A stretch of 64,000 bases of DNA from a plasmid, in the sequence record NZ_CP029448.1; one strand, written 5' to 3'. Made by a program: the position numbers and the translations under genes. Within the stretch, counting starts at the first letter, position 1; every line of letters begins with the position of its first letter. The notes under the pieces are model-generated. The model saw nothing but the letters and a program-made list of their open reading frames with translations, had not been told where the DNA came from and did no database searches. Below, piece by piece: positions 39,350 through 49,215 of this stretch.

Positions 39350-41045
39350 AGCAGATGCCGGTGAGTTTGTCCCTGAAAGCTGGCGCAAAGTGGTGATTAC
39401 ACCTGCGGGTATTGACCGGCAGTACTATGAATTTTGTGCGCTCAGCGAGCTTAAGGGTGCATTGCGCTCCGGGGACATCTGGGTTAAAGGCTCACGCCGC
39501 TACAAAAACTTTGATGATTACCTCATTCCCGAAAAGGACTTTGACAAACTCACACCGGCGCTGCCCCTGCCCGTATCTGCTGATTATCATGAGTACATTA
39601 CCAGCCGTAAGACTCTGCTTCAGTCCAGACTTGAAGAGGTCAATGCCATGGCTGCCCTTGGTGAGCTGCCCGATGTCGAAATATCTGACAGGGGAGTAAA
39701 AGTCTCTCCGCTGGATAACTGCGTCCCGGTACAGGTTTCACCGCTGGCAGAACTGGTTTACAGCATGCTACCGCGCCCTAAAATCACGGAAATTCTCGAT
39801 GAGGTAAACAGCTGGACGGCGTTTACCCGACATTTTTCGCATATAAAAAATGACATTACCCGTCCCGATACCCGCCAGCTCCTCACCACCATCCTTGCGG
39901 ATGGCATCAATCTTGGCCTGACCAAAATGGCGGAAGCCTGCCCCGGAAGCACCAAATCATCACTGGAAGATATCCAGGCATGGTACATCCGCGACGAAAC
40001 CTATTCAGCCGCCCTCGCAGAGCTGGTAAACGCGCAGGGGAAAAGACCACTGGCGGCATTCTGGGGAGACGGGACAACGTCATCATCAGATGGACAGAAT
40101 TTCAGAACAGGCAGCTCAGGCCGCTACGCAGGGCAGGTTAACCCGAAATATGGGCAAGAGCCTGGACGTCAGTTTTATACCCATATTTCGGATCAATACA
40201 GCCCGTTTTACACCTGCATAATCAGCCGGGTCAGGGATTCAACCCATGTGCTCGATGGCTTGCTGTACCACGAAAGCGACCTGGAAATCAGGGAGCATTA
40301 CACCGATACCGCTGGTTTCACCGATCATGTCTTTGCCCTGATGCATCTGCTGGGATTTGCGTTCTGTCCGCGGATCAGGGATCTCCACGACAAAAAGCTG
40401 TTTATCAAAGGGAAAGCAGACCAATACCCGGCGCTTCAGTCACTGATATCAACGACCAGCCTGAATCTGAAAGAGATCGAAATTCACTGGCGTGAAGTAC
40501 TTCGTCTGGCCACTTCAATAAAGCAGGGAACCGTGACGGCATCCCTGATGTTGAAAAAGCTTGCCAGCTACCCCAAACAAAACGGACTTGCCAAAGCACT
40601 GAGGGAAATTGGTCGTATTGAACGAACTCTGTTTATGCTCGACTGGTTCCGCGATCCGGCACTTCGTCGGCGGGTACAGGCGGGACTGAATAAAGGAGAA
40701 GCCCGTAACGCGCTGGCGCGTGCGGTATTCCTACACCGGCTGGGTGAAATCAGGGACAGAAAACCGGAAAATCAGAGCTATCGCGCCAGTGGACTGACGC
40801 TGCTGACGGCTGCCATATCCCTGTGGAATACCGTCTATATGGAAAGAGCGGTCGATGCCCTGAAGCGCAAAGGGGTGAAGATCAACGAGCAACTGCTGTC
40901 GCATTTGTCCCCGTTAGGCTGGGAACACATCAATCTGACAGGCGATTATATCTGGAAAAGCAACCGGATACCGGCTTCCGGTAAGTTTCGTCGGCTGAGA
41001 CCAGCTAAAGTCGAAAGGTCAAAAAATAGCCTTAACGTACAATAA
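39350..41045 (+). pseudogene. 5'-truncated Tn3-family tnpA (C-terminal ~565 codons), near-identical to the 50163..53150 copy
   Basis: DNA homology to the full copy begins at gagtttgtccctgaaagctggcgcaa (39352 vs 51463). N-terminal ~460 codons are missing. Confidence 0.85.
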
Positions 41046-41069
41046 TTTTCGATATCCAAACTGACCCCA

Positions 41070-41353
41070 TTTTGGCTGACAAACCAGCTCGTATCTCCTC
41101 GCGCTCAGACAGTGTCAGGTGAGCTACAGCCCGCTTACGCTCATGGGGTTTTATGCCGCCAGTATCCCTTAACATAGTGAAGATCGTTCCGGGTTTTGAA
41201 CCCAGGATATTCGCTATTTCACTGAAGCCTGTTCCGTTCTTCCATAGTTCAAAAACAGAGGCTTTTTCCTCTGCTGTAAATGTTCGTCTCATTCAAAAAA
41301 CCTCCGCAACCCCATGTTTTCACATAACTGTTGCGTTGACCAATTGAATCTAC
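41070..41353 (-). mobile_element. IS30 5' fragment (IRL plus first ~73 codons of the transposase), truncated by the Tn3-type element
   Basis: Encodes MRRTFTAEEKASVFELWKNGTGFSEIANILGSKPGTIFTMLRDTGGIKPHERKR..., the IS30 Tnp N-terminus. Terminus tgtagattcaattggtcaacgc at 41332-41353 (reverse complement). Confidence 0.8.
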
Positions 41354-41371
41354 AATCATGTTTTTTATGGT

Positions 41372-41626
41372 GTGAGATTAAGTGAGATTCTTTTTCCTAC
41401 CAGTGAATATGGCACAGATGCTTTCTTTAAAGAATTTGAATTAATTAACAGTGTAATACTTCCATTAGTAATATTTGATTTTATAGACCGAAAGCCGATC
41501 ATGGTTATCGGCTTTGAGGAAGTGCCTGGGATTGATTCACTTATTGACTCTGGTATGGAAGTTGTTTTGTTAGATGGTTTAAGCGATCTGCTACTGGTTG
41601 AAAAACTGATGCCATTGTTTGATTAA
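41372..41626 (+). CDS. hypothetical protein (84 aa), AT-rich
   Basis: ORF only. Confidence 0.25.
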   Translation: MRLSEILFPTSEYGTDAFFKEFELINSVILPLVIFDFIDRKPIMVIGFEEVPGIDSLIDSGMEVVLLDGLSDLLLVEKLMPLFD

Positions 41627-42178
41627 ATCCCTGGAAATACATGTTACCCATTCGTATTAATGCATTTTACACGAACGATGTTTATTCCATTTACCTGTTT
41701 TCATAACTTCTCCCCTACGGAGAACTAACCAAACTGATCTGCATCTATGATCTTAATTATATAAAATTTGGGGGGCGTGATTCTAATGTCCTCATTGTAT
41801 TGGTAACAATCTTTTTTTCATCGTTTTTATTTTGATATTTAATATTGCTCTCAATTGATTTTTACCATTTCTTCATTCAATGATATGAGCGTCAAATTGA
41901 TTAGATAATGGTGATTTTTACCCTCTATCATCAAAGCTTGTGAAGCTATTAATATACAAAAAATTTTCAGTCGTTTTTCTATTGTCTCACATATTTTTAA
42001 GAGAGAATCTGTATGCTGTTCGCCATTCACTTATGTAGGCCACTTCGTACTAATCGCTTCAATCTAAAGAACTTCACTTTTCCTTAGCGTTTGTTATCGC
42101 AGAAATTCCCACGGAACCCCTAAGACGGTAAAAGGGGTGCCGGCGTACAATCCCTAAAAGATATTAAACGAAATTTTG

Positions 42179-42888
42179 GGTAATGACTCCAACTTACTGA
42201 TAGTGTTTTATGTTCAGATAATGCCCGATGACCTTGTCATGCAGCTCCACCGATTTTGAGAACGACAGTGACTTCCGTCCCAGCCTTGCCAGATGTTGTC
42301 TCAGATTCAGATTATGTCGCTCAATGCGCTGAGTGTAACGCTTGCTGATAACGTGCAGCTTTCCCTTCAGGCGTGATTCATACAGCGGCCAGCCATCCGT
42401 CATCCATACCACGACCTCAAAGGCCGACAGCAGGCTCAGAAGACGCTCCAGTGTGGCCAGAGTGCGTTCACCGAAGACGTGCGCAACAACCGTCCTCCGT
42501 ATCCTGTCATACGCGTAAAACAGCCAGCGCTGACGTGATTTAGCACCGACGTAGCCCCACTGTTCGTCCATTTCAGCGCAGACAATCACATCACTGTCCG
42601 GTTGTATGCGCGAGGTTACCGACTGCGGCCTGAGTTTTTTAAGTGACGTAAAACCGTGTTGAGGCCAACGCCCATAATGCGTGCACTGGCGCGACATCCG
42701 ACGCCATTCATGGCCATATCAATGATTTTCTGGTGCGTACCGGGCTGAGAGGCGGTGTAAGTGAACTGTAGTTGCCATGTTTTACGGCAATGAGAGCAGA
42801 GATAGCGCTGATGTCCGGCAGTGCTTTTGCCGTTACGCACCACGCCTTCAGTAGCGGAGCAGGATGAATCGCCAGAAGTACCCATTTA
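42179..42888 (-). mobile_element. IS1 copy 1, partial: right IR, insB, 5'-clipped insA; left IR and ~58 bp missing
   Basis: Right IR ggtaatgactccaacttactgat at 42179. InsB is 167 aa and intact. InsA N-terminus reads [10 protein letters not shown] instead of [12 protein letters not shown], through the junction with the IS110-family fragment. Confidence 0.85.
42194..42697 (-). CDS. insB: IS1 InsB
   Basis: Full identity in pattern to IS1 InsB. Confidence 0.9.
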   Translation of the reverse strand: MSRQCTHYGRWPQHGFTSLKKLRPQSVTSRIQPDSDVIVCAEMDEQWGYVGAKSRQRWLFYAYDRIRRTVVAHVFGERTLATLERLLSLLSAFEVVVWMTDGWPLYESRLKGKLHVISKRYTQRIERHNLNLRQHLARLGRKSLSFSKSVELHDKVIGHYLNIKHYQ

Positions 42889-43350
42889 TCACTGTTTTCC
42901 CTGTGCATGCCTTGTCACTGGCTCGCGATGGATCCGTGCATGCTTGCCTCATTGGGTGATAACCGCGACCAGTTTAACAGCGTTGAAAAACTCAAAACTA
43001 TACAGGCATTGAACCAGTAACCGAGCGAAGCGGCCAAAATCCAGGGGACACTGGCGTTGGCAGTATGCGAAGTTCGTCTGACAGACATTTGTGGAATGGA
43101 CTGCGAAGACGTGTAACTCATCATACTGGGCCAGACTTTATTACTCGAGCCAGCGTGAGCGTGAAAAAGGGAAATCGCATCAATCAGCTATCCGGGCTCT
43201 GGCGTTTAAATGGATAAGGATCCTTTACCGCTGCAGGAAGACCAAACCCGGTACGACGAAGTGAAATATTTGCTGGCACTGAAACTCTTACTGAAACCAT
43301 AAAATGCTTGTCGAATGTCTCAGGCCGTGATCGGACATTGATGATAGAAT
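42889..43350 (+). pseudogene. fragment of the IS110-family transposase gene with an internal deletion, plus the IS right flank
   Basis: Encodes ..[14 protein letters not shown].. and then jumps to ..LAALGDNRDQFNS..; stop codons present. Flank matches 36491-36535. Confidence 0.7.
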
Positions 43351-43411
43351 GTTTGCACCAGTTGGCGCTATCTCCAATAAAGGTGACGCCGTTGGGCTGG
43401 TGGATTTGCCC

Positions 43412-44317
43412 CTATATTTCCAGACACCTGTTATCACTTAACCCATTACTGGCCCGCTGCCGCAGATATTCCCGTGGCGAGCGATAACCCAGCGCACTAT
43501 GCGGATGCCATTCGTTATAATGCTCGAACGCCTCTGCAAGGTTCTTTGCTGCCGTTAACCCGTCTGGTTTGGGCATGATACTTATGTAGTCACGCTTTAT
43601 CGTTTTCACGAAGCTCTCTGCTATTCCGTTACTCTCCGGACTCCGCACTGCCGTGTTCTTCGGTTCAAGTCCCAACATCCTGGCGAACTGACGTGTTTCA
43701 TTCGCCCGGTAGCATGAACCATTATCCGTCAGCCACTCCACTGGAGACGCCGGAAGCTCGCTGCCAAAGCGGCGTTCCACTGCTCCCAGCATGACGTCCT
43801 GTACTGTTTCACTGTCGAAGCCACCCGTTGTGACCGCCCAGTGCAGTGCCTCACGGTCACAGCAGTCCAGCGCGAACGTGACCCGCAGTTTTTCTCCGTT
43901 ATCACAGCGGAACTCAAACCCGTCAGAGCACCATCGCTGATTACTTTCTTTCACAGCCACTCTGCCGGTATGTGCCCGTTTCGATGGCGGTACAGCGGGT
44001 TTTCGCTCAAGCAACAGCGCATTCTGGCGCATGATCCGGTAAACACGTTTGGCATTGATCGCAGGCATACCATCAAGTTCTGTTTGTCTGCGAAGCAGCG
44101 CCCATACCCGACGATAACCATATGTGGGCAGCTCTCCGATAACATGGTGTATACGGCGAAGCACATCCGTATCATCCGTGTGACGGCTGCGGCGGCCGTC
44201 CTTCCAGTCATCGGTTCGTCTGAGAATGACGTGCAACTGCGCACGCGACACCCGGAGACAACGGCTGACGAAGCTTACTCCCCATCCCCGGGCAATAAGG
44301 GCGCGTGCGCTATCCAC
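43412..44317 (-). CDS. insD: IS2 OrfB (InsD) transposase catalytic part
   Basis: 301 aa matching IS2 InsD. Confidence 0.9.
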
Positions 44318-44640
44318 TTTTTTGCTCGCCCATATTCAACGGCTTCTTTAAGGAGTTCATTTTCCATCGTTTTTTTGCCGAGCAGGCGCTGGAGTTCTTT
44401 AATCTGCTTCATGGCGGCAGCAAGTTCAGAGGCAGGAACGACCTGTTCTCCGGCAGCCACAGCAGTAAGACTTCCCTCCTGGTATTGCTTACGCCAGAGA
44501 AATAGCTGGCTGGCTGCCACACCATGTTGCCGGGCAACAAGGGAGACCGTCATTCCCGGTTCAAAGCTCTGCTGAACGATAGCGATCTTTTCCTGTGTAG
44601 TACGCCGTCTGCGTTTCTCCGGCCCTAAGACATCAATCAT
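44275..44640 (-). CDS. insC: IS2 OrfA (InsC)
   Basis: [33 protein letters not shown]... matches IS2 InsC. Confidence 0.9.
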
Positions 44641-44983
44641 CTGTTCTCCAATGACTAGTCTAAAAACTAGTATTAAGAATATCACTTATTTAAGTGATAT
44701 TGGTTGTCTGGAGATTCAGGGGGCCAGTCTAGCTGGTCATTGACCATGATTTTAGTCGTTTCGTTGCAGTGACGTAGGGCAAAGCTGAGGCCCTCGGTTC
44801 AGACCAGAATCCCGCTCCCTGTTTATCAATATATTATGGTTGTCTAGCCGAAGCTAACCGTCACAACGATGCTCCTGAAACGTTCAGTATCGTTCAACGG
44901 TTAGCACGGTGAGCTGCGTTTTCGCACAGCCTTAGCGTCGCGGTTCAGAGATGCCGTAAAGGCATCTCTGAAGGGCATGATGA

Positions 44984-45586
44984 TTAGTGCTGATGCTCCG
45001 TATCGGGCGCTCTACCCTCCGCCATTTTGTTTATTTCCTCGACAAAATGTATGTAGTGAATGTAGTCTTTTACATATTCGCGTCCCTGCTTAACCGATTG
45101 ATTCGCCTGCTGCTTACTGAGTTCGGCTTTGGTAAATTTTTCCCGGATAGCATGCTCAATGTTAGCGGTCACCTTTGCCACCAGGCTATCAACACTGTTG
45201 GTGCGAAGTGCGGCATCAGCCTCTTGTACAATAACAGGAATATGACCTGCCGATTTTACACCGGTAAACGATGCACCTTCCGCTTCACGGTGAATACGTA
45301 CCAGGGTGGTAAAAAGCTTTTGCTGGGCCTTTTCCTGAGAGGTTTGACTGCTGCCTTGTTTACTCATTGTTTCGTCAAACGCCTTTCTGACGTCATCTTC
45401 ACGGTTTTCTGGTACCCATTTTAATAATGGGGTAACATCACGCGCCTGAAGGGCGCTTTTAGCCTCGGTGATCACAGGCCCATCCATGCTGTCGCAGTGG
45501 GCAAACGCCGTTGTGCTTACGGTCATTCCCGCAAGGAACATAATGCTTGCGCACAGGGATGTTCTGGTCTTTTTCTGCTTTTTCAT
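44984..45586 (-). CDS. secreted helical protein (200 aa); predicted mature N-terminus begins with His (AFA|HCDSMDGPV)
   Basis: Signal peptide. K/E/Q/A-rich sequence with a His-rich C-terminus. Family not recognised. Confidence 0.55.
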   Translation of the reverse strand: MKKQKKTRTSLCASIMFLAGMTVSTTAFAHCDSMDGPVITEAKSALQARDVTPLLKWVPENREDDVRKAFDETMSKQGSSQTSQEKAQQKLFTTLVRIHREAEGASFTGVKSAGHIPVIVQEADAALRTNSVDSLVAKVTANIEHAIREKFTKAELSKQQANQSVKQGREYVKDYIHYIHFVEEINKMAEGRAPDTEHQH

Positions 45587-45701
45587 ATTAATACTCCGGG
45601 GTCTCTTTCGACCTGTTCATCTGCTTTTTTGTGTTTAAAGGAGGCAGAATTTCAGTCCTCTGCCGATTTGGTTGCAGAGTACTGGCGAGTAACCCGGGAG
45701 T

Positions 45702-45725
45702 CGTTCGAATTGATAAATTCGAACG
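45702..45725. promoter_or_regulatory. perfect palindrome cgttcgaatt-gata-aattcgaacg in the divergent intergenic region
   Basis: 10-bp arms with a 4-bp spacer. A further cgaacg half-site lies at ~45738. Confidence 0.5.
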
Positions 45726-45763
45726 TATGAAACGTAAAGTCGAACGTTCTGCTGACACGAAGC

Positions 45764-46954
45764 GTGTGTGGCGTCCGTTTCTCATATCTCGTTTTAAATT
45801 GTTGGTGCTCGTGCATGCTGAATGATCTATCTGTTTTTCTTCTGGCAGCAGGAATGATGCAGGCTGCATTGCTCTCTGTTTTTCTTCTTTTGCCGTCTAA
45901 CATCATACAAGTCAGCAACCGGCTATTGGTGATCGTTCTGCTGACCCTTGCCGCCGGTTTTGGTGAACTTTTCCTCTATGGTAGCGGCGTGAGTTTTTTA
46001 CACCCGAACTACGCCTATATCGGTACGCTTATCTCTCTGCTTCAGCCACCGGCCATCTATCTGTATACCCGTTCGCTGATGTATCGCCATTTTCGAATAC
46101 GGCCAGCTCATGCTGTACACTTAATCCCGTTTGCTACTGGCCTTATTGTGTTTTTCACGCTGTACGTTCCGTTATCTGACTCAGCAAAAATAACGCTCTT
46201 ACAGCAGCAGGATTTACCGGGCATGCCAGTATCACTGCCCCTTGCATTGGCCTATCACGGGGTATTTCTCGGCTGGCTTGGCTATTCCCTCAGACGTTTG
46301 CGGTCATTTAATTCGGATATTCAGCATCTTTATTCCGATATTGCCCGCCAGCAAATGCTCTGGCTCCGCTTCCTGCTGTCAGGTTATTTGGGACTTTGGA
46401 TAGTCAGTATTATTTGCTGCCTGTTTTTCTATCTGTTCAGGCTAACCGATAAAACGAGTTGGGTACTGCCCGTTGTCAGCATAGCGGGGTTTGCATTTAT
46501 TAATACGTTATTAGTTTGTGCGCTGCGGCAACCCGCTGCGTTTATGGGGCTAACGCAGGCAGATGAAATCCTGCTGGAGAATATTCAGCCGGTTAAAGCA
46601 CCGCAGTTACGGGGGGCTGAACAGGTGGATAAGGTGGCAGAATTTATGCACCGGAATCAGCCGTTTCTGGATTCCACCCTGTCCTTAAGCCAGCTTGCGC
46701 ATCAGTTAAAACTCTCGCCGCACGATCTGTCAGCCATTATCAACAACGGGTTTCAGCAGAATTTTTTTACGTTTATCAGCGAGTACCGAATAGAGCACGC
46801 TAAAAAACTCCTGGCAATGCCGGAAGATAAGCGGACCATTCTTGATATTATGTATTCCTCAGGCTTTAACTCTAAATCGGTCTTTAATACCGCGTTTAAG
46901 AAGCAAACGGGTTTAACGCCTTCAGAATATCGGCGGCGGCACTGTTGCAAATAG
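45764..46954 (+). CDS. membrane-embedded AraC/XylS-family transcriptional regulator (7 TM N-terminal domain plus C-terminal AraC HTH); 3' end clipped by IS26
   Basis: C-terminus ..ILDIMYSSGFNSKSVFNTAFKKQTGLTPSEYRRR is an AraC HTH. The last 5 codons come from the IS26 IR. The true start may be 45815 (MLNDLSV). Confidence 0.7.
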   Translation: MCGVRFSYLVLNCWCSCMLNDLSVFLLAAGMMQAALLSVFLLLPSNIIQVSNRLLVIVLLTLAAGFGELFLYGSGVSFLHPNYAYIGTLISLLQPPAIYLYTRSLMYRHFRIRPAHAVHLIPFATGLIVFFTLYVPLSDSAKITLLQQQDLPGMPVSLPLALAYHGVFLGWLGYSLRRLRSFNSDIQHLYSDIARQQMLWLRFLLSGYLGLWIVSIICCLFFYLFRLTDKTSWVLPVVSIAGFAFINTLLVCALRQPAAFMGLTQADEILLENIQPVKAPQLRGAEQVDKVAEFMHRNQPFLDSTLSLSQLAHQLKLSPHDLSAIINNGFQQNFFTFISEYRIEHAKKLLAMPEDKRTILDIMYSSGFNSKSVFNTAFKKQTGLTPSEYRRRHCCK

Positions 46955-47757
46955 TCGGTGGTGATAAACTTATCATCCCCTTTTGCTGATGGAGCTGCAC
47001 ATGAACCCATTCAAAGGCCGGCATTTTCAGCGTGACATCATTCTGTGGGCCGTACGCTGGTACTGCAAATACGGCATCAGTTACCGTGAGCTGCAGGAGA
47101 TGCTGGCTGAACGCGGAGTGAATGTCGATCACTCCACGATTTACCGCTGGGTTCAGCGTTATGCGCCTGAAATGGAAAAACGGCTGCGCTGGTACTGGCG
47201 TAACCCTTCCGATCTTTGCCCGTGGCACATGGATGAAACCTACGTGAAGGTCAATGGCCGCTGGGCGTATCTGTACCGGGCCGTCGACAGCCGGGGCCGC
47301 ACTGTCGATTTTTATCTCTCCTCCCGTCGTAACAGCAAAGCTGCATACCGGTTTCTGGGTAAAATCCTCAACAACGTGAAGAAGTGGCAGATCCCACGAT
47401 TCATCAACACGGATAAAGCGCCCGCCTATGGTCGCGCGCTTGCTCTGCTCAAACGCGAAGGCCGGTGCCCGTCTGACGTTGAACACCGACAGATTAAGTA
47501 CCGGAACAACGTGATTGAATGCGATCATGGCAAACTGAAACGGATAATCAACGCCACGCTGGGATTTAAATCCATGAAGACGGCTTACGCCACCATCAAA
47601 GGTATTGAGGTGATGCGTGCACTACGCAAAGGCCAGGCCTCAGCATTTTATTATGGTGATCCCCTGGGCGAAATGCGCCTGGTAAGCAGAGTTTTTGAAA
47701 TGTAAGGCCTTTGAATAAGACAAAAGGCTGCCTCATCGCTAACTTTGCAACAGTGCC
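46938..47757 (+). mobile_element. IS26 (IS6 family), complete, 820 bp
   Basis: 14-bp IRs ggcactgttgcaaa (46938) and tttgcaacagtgcc (47744-47757). Confidence 0.95.
47001..47705 (+). CDS. tnp26: Tnp26 transposase
   Basis: MNPFKGRHFQRDIILWAVRWYCKYGISYRELQEM... matches IS26 transposase. Confidence 0.95.
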   Translation: MNPFKGRHFQRDIILWAVRWYCKYGISYRELQEMLAERGVNVDHSTIYRWVQRYAPEMEKRLRWYWRNPSDLCPWHMDETYVKVNGRWAYLYRAVDSRGRTVDFYLSSRRNSKAAYRFLGKILNNVKKWQIPRFINTDKAPAYGRALALLKREGRCPSDVEHRQIKYRNNVIECDHGKLKRIINATLGFKSMKTAYATIKGIEVMRALRKGQASAFYYGDPLGEMRLVSRVFEM

Positions 47758-48095
47758 ATTTATACTGCCGCAGCCTTGGACAGTTCGTGGTTTACGTAAC
47801 CGGTATTGTTCCCACGTTTCGAGCTTTCCAGAACGACCTTCAACCCTCACCATCGGCCCTGCCAATGACAAGTTTGCCCACAAGGCAGTCTCGGAGATTC
47901 TTTTCGACCCATCAGCAACTTATGCCTAAGTCACCGGCGGCTTGCCTGCCACACATTGAACATTACAGACCAATTAGCACTTTGTCACCGGGGAAAGATG
48001 TAAAGATTATGTATAAATAGATTGGCTTAGAAGTGACATTTCAACTTTGGAGAAACAGGTGACATTTTAAACTTGCTTTAACAAAATTTTGGGAC

Positions 48096-48131
48096 TGACC
48101 GAAACAAAAAGGCCAGCCCCGGAGGGCTGGC
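48096..48131 (-). terminator. intrinsic terminator downstream of the TA operon (gccagccc-cgga-gggctggc plus T-run on the minus strand)
   Basis: 8-bp GC stem immediately after the higA-like stop; minus strand reads CTTTTTGTTT after the stem. Confidence 0.65.
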
Positions 48132-48134
48132 TAT

Positions 48135-48416
48135 TCAGTACAGGGCAATGACAGGTTTCTTGATGCCGCAGGCGTGAGCGTAGCGGGTCAGTGTGTCGAT
48201 GCTGGCTTTGGTGATGTTGTTTTCCAGGCGAGAAATAACCGGAGGTGTAACCCCCATGCGTTCAGCAACCTGCGCTTTTGTCAGGTTGTCATGCTTGCGC
48301 CATTCAGCAAGCAGCTCCCTGAGCTTTTCCTTACGTTCTTCTTCCTGCCATGCAGCGCGATATTCATCGTCCTGCATCCACTCGTTATGCAGTTCTTTAT
48401 GGCTTACCAGTTTCAT
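48135..48416 (-). CDS. HigA-like antitoxin (XRE-family HTH)
   Basis: 93 aa. LTKAQVAERMGVTPPVISRLENN is an XRE HTH. Overlaps the toxin gene 3' end. Confidence 0.8.
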   Translation of the reverse strand: MKLVSHKELHNEWMQDDEYRAAWQEEERKEKLRELLAEWRKHDNLTKAQVAERMGVTPPVISRLENNITKASIDTLTRYAHACGIKKPVIALY

Positions 48417-48726
48417 TAAGTACCTCCGCTAACCGCTTTTTGGCGAGATCGATTTCTTTCGCTGGCGTTTTCTGTGACTTCTTGATGAAAACACGGAGCA
48501 TGATGATGGTATTGCCTTTGTGGTATACCCAGATTCCCCTGGCTATGTCCGTCCCCATCGTGCGGATCTCAAAAAGTCCATCGCCCAGGGGCTTCGTGTC
48601 CGGCTCCCGCAGTAATCGGGCGTCATACTCCAGTTTGCCGATGAGACGGTCAAACTTCACCCTGATTTTTACGGGTAATGCTGTGGCTTCTTCCCTGGCT
48701 TCCGGGTGATAAACAACGCTAAACAT
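48397..48726 (-). CDS. RelE/ParE-superfamily toxin (HigB/Gp49-like), toxin-first operon
   Basis: 109 aa from MFSVVYHPEA (SD gggagg upstream). Motif ..GDGLFEIR......R..... then ...IIMLRVFIKKSQKTP. Confidence 0.75.
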   Translation of the reverse strand: MFSVVYHPEAREEATALPVKIRVKFDRLIGKLEYDARLLREPDTKPLGDGLFEIRTMGTDIARGIWVYHKGNTIIMLRVFIKKSQKTPAKEIDLAKKRLAEVLNETGKP

Positions 48727-48749
48727 GTGACCTCCCATTTCTATTAATA

Positions 48750-48801
48750 TTAACCTATAGGCTAATTTCAGACAAGGTAGAATTAACCTATAAGCTAATT
48801 T
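48750..48801. promoter_or_regulatory. two 19-bp direct repeats TTAACCTATA(G/A)GCTAATTT (each near-palindromic) upstream of the toxin gene; likely TA operator
   Basis: Repeats at 48750-48768 and 48783-48801, spaced 33 bp. Confidence 0.55.
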
Positions 48802-48840
48802 TGTTGGCAGTTATCGTGGCTACCCGGTCACTACCCTGTT

Positions 48841-48877
48841 AGCGTGAGTTTTCGTTCCACTGAGGAACGGGGATTTA
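48841..48877. repeat. Tn3-type terminal-IR-related sequence (inner ~26 bp cagtggaacgaaaactcacgctaa match the Tn3 IR; outer bases diverge)
   Basis: Compared from memory with the Tn3 38-bp IR. Confidence 0.5.
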
Positions 48878-49170
48878 TGCGCGTTAGCGCATGTAAGGCG
48901 GCAGGATGAAATGACAGGTAGCACCGAGGGTTAGCCGCCGATACCAGTGAGGGATCGAAAGGGATCGCCTATCCATCCCTTCACCCTGCAAAGCCATATT
49001 CCGCTAAAAGCGGCTCAGAGGCTTTTGTGCGCGGTCGGAGTGGTCACAACAAGGCGAAGCCGCAGTTGGGGCGTATCTCCGCGTTAGCGGGTCGTAAGAG
49101 CCGCTTACGAGCGTGTAAGCTAATTCTTCAGCGATATTTGCTGACGTATCCGGCGTGGCCGGATTTGTCC

Positions 49171-49215
49171 AATCCCTCGATGGCTAACAGCTCGCCTGTT
49201 AGCCATCGAGGGATT
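49171..49215. repeat. perfect 20-bp-arm hairpin aatccctcgatggctaacag-ctcgc-ctgttagccatcgagggatt
   Basis: Read directly. Confidence 0.8.

Larger units (their letters stand above)
34923..41069. mobile_element. non-autonomous Tn3-family transposon derivative (~6.1 kb) with 38-bp terminal IRs; tnpA 5'-truncated; cargo of IS110-family IS, cytochrome b561-like, CDF transporter and IS66 orfA remnant
   Basis: IRL ggggtcagtttggatatcgaaaattattgtacgttaag at 34923-34960 and its reverse complement at 41032-41069. tnpA ends inside the right IR as in Tn3. Confidence 0.7.
43401..44731 (-). mobile_element. IS2 (IS3 family), complete, 1331 bp
   Basis: Termini tggatttgcccctatatttccagaca (43401) and ggttgtctggagattcagggggccagtcta (44702-44731). 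Carries insC and insD. Confidence 0.9.

Noticed and set aside
48841-48877. Treating this as a complete functional Tn3 terminal inverted repeat
   Set aside because: Only the inner ~26 bp match the Tn3-type IR. The terminal 8-10 bp (gaacgggg) do not match the canonical outer end, so it is reported only as an IR-related fragment.
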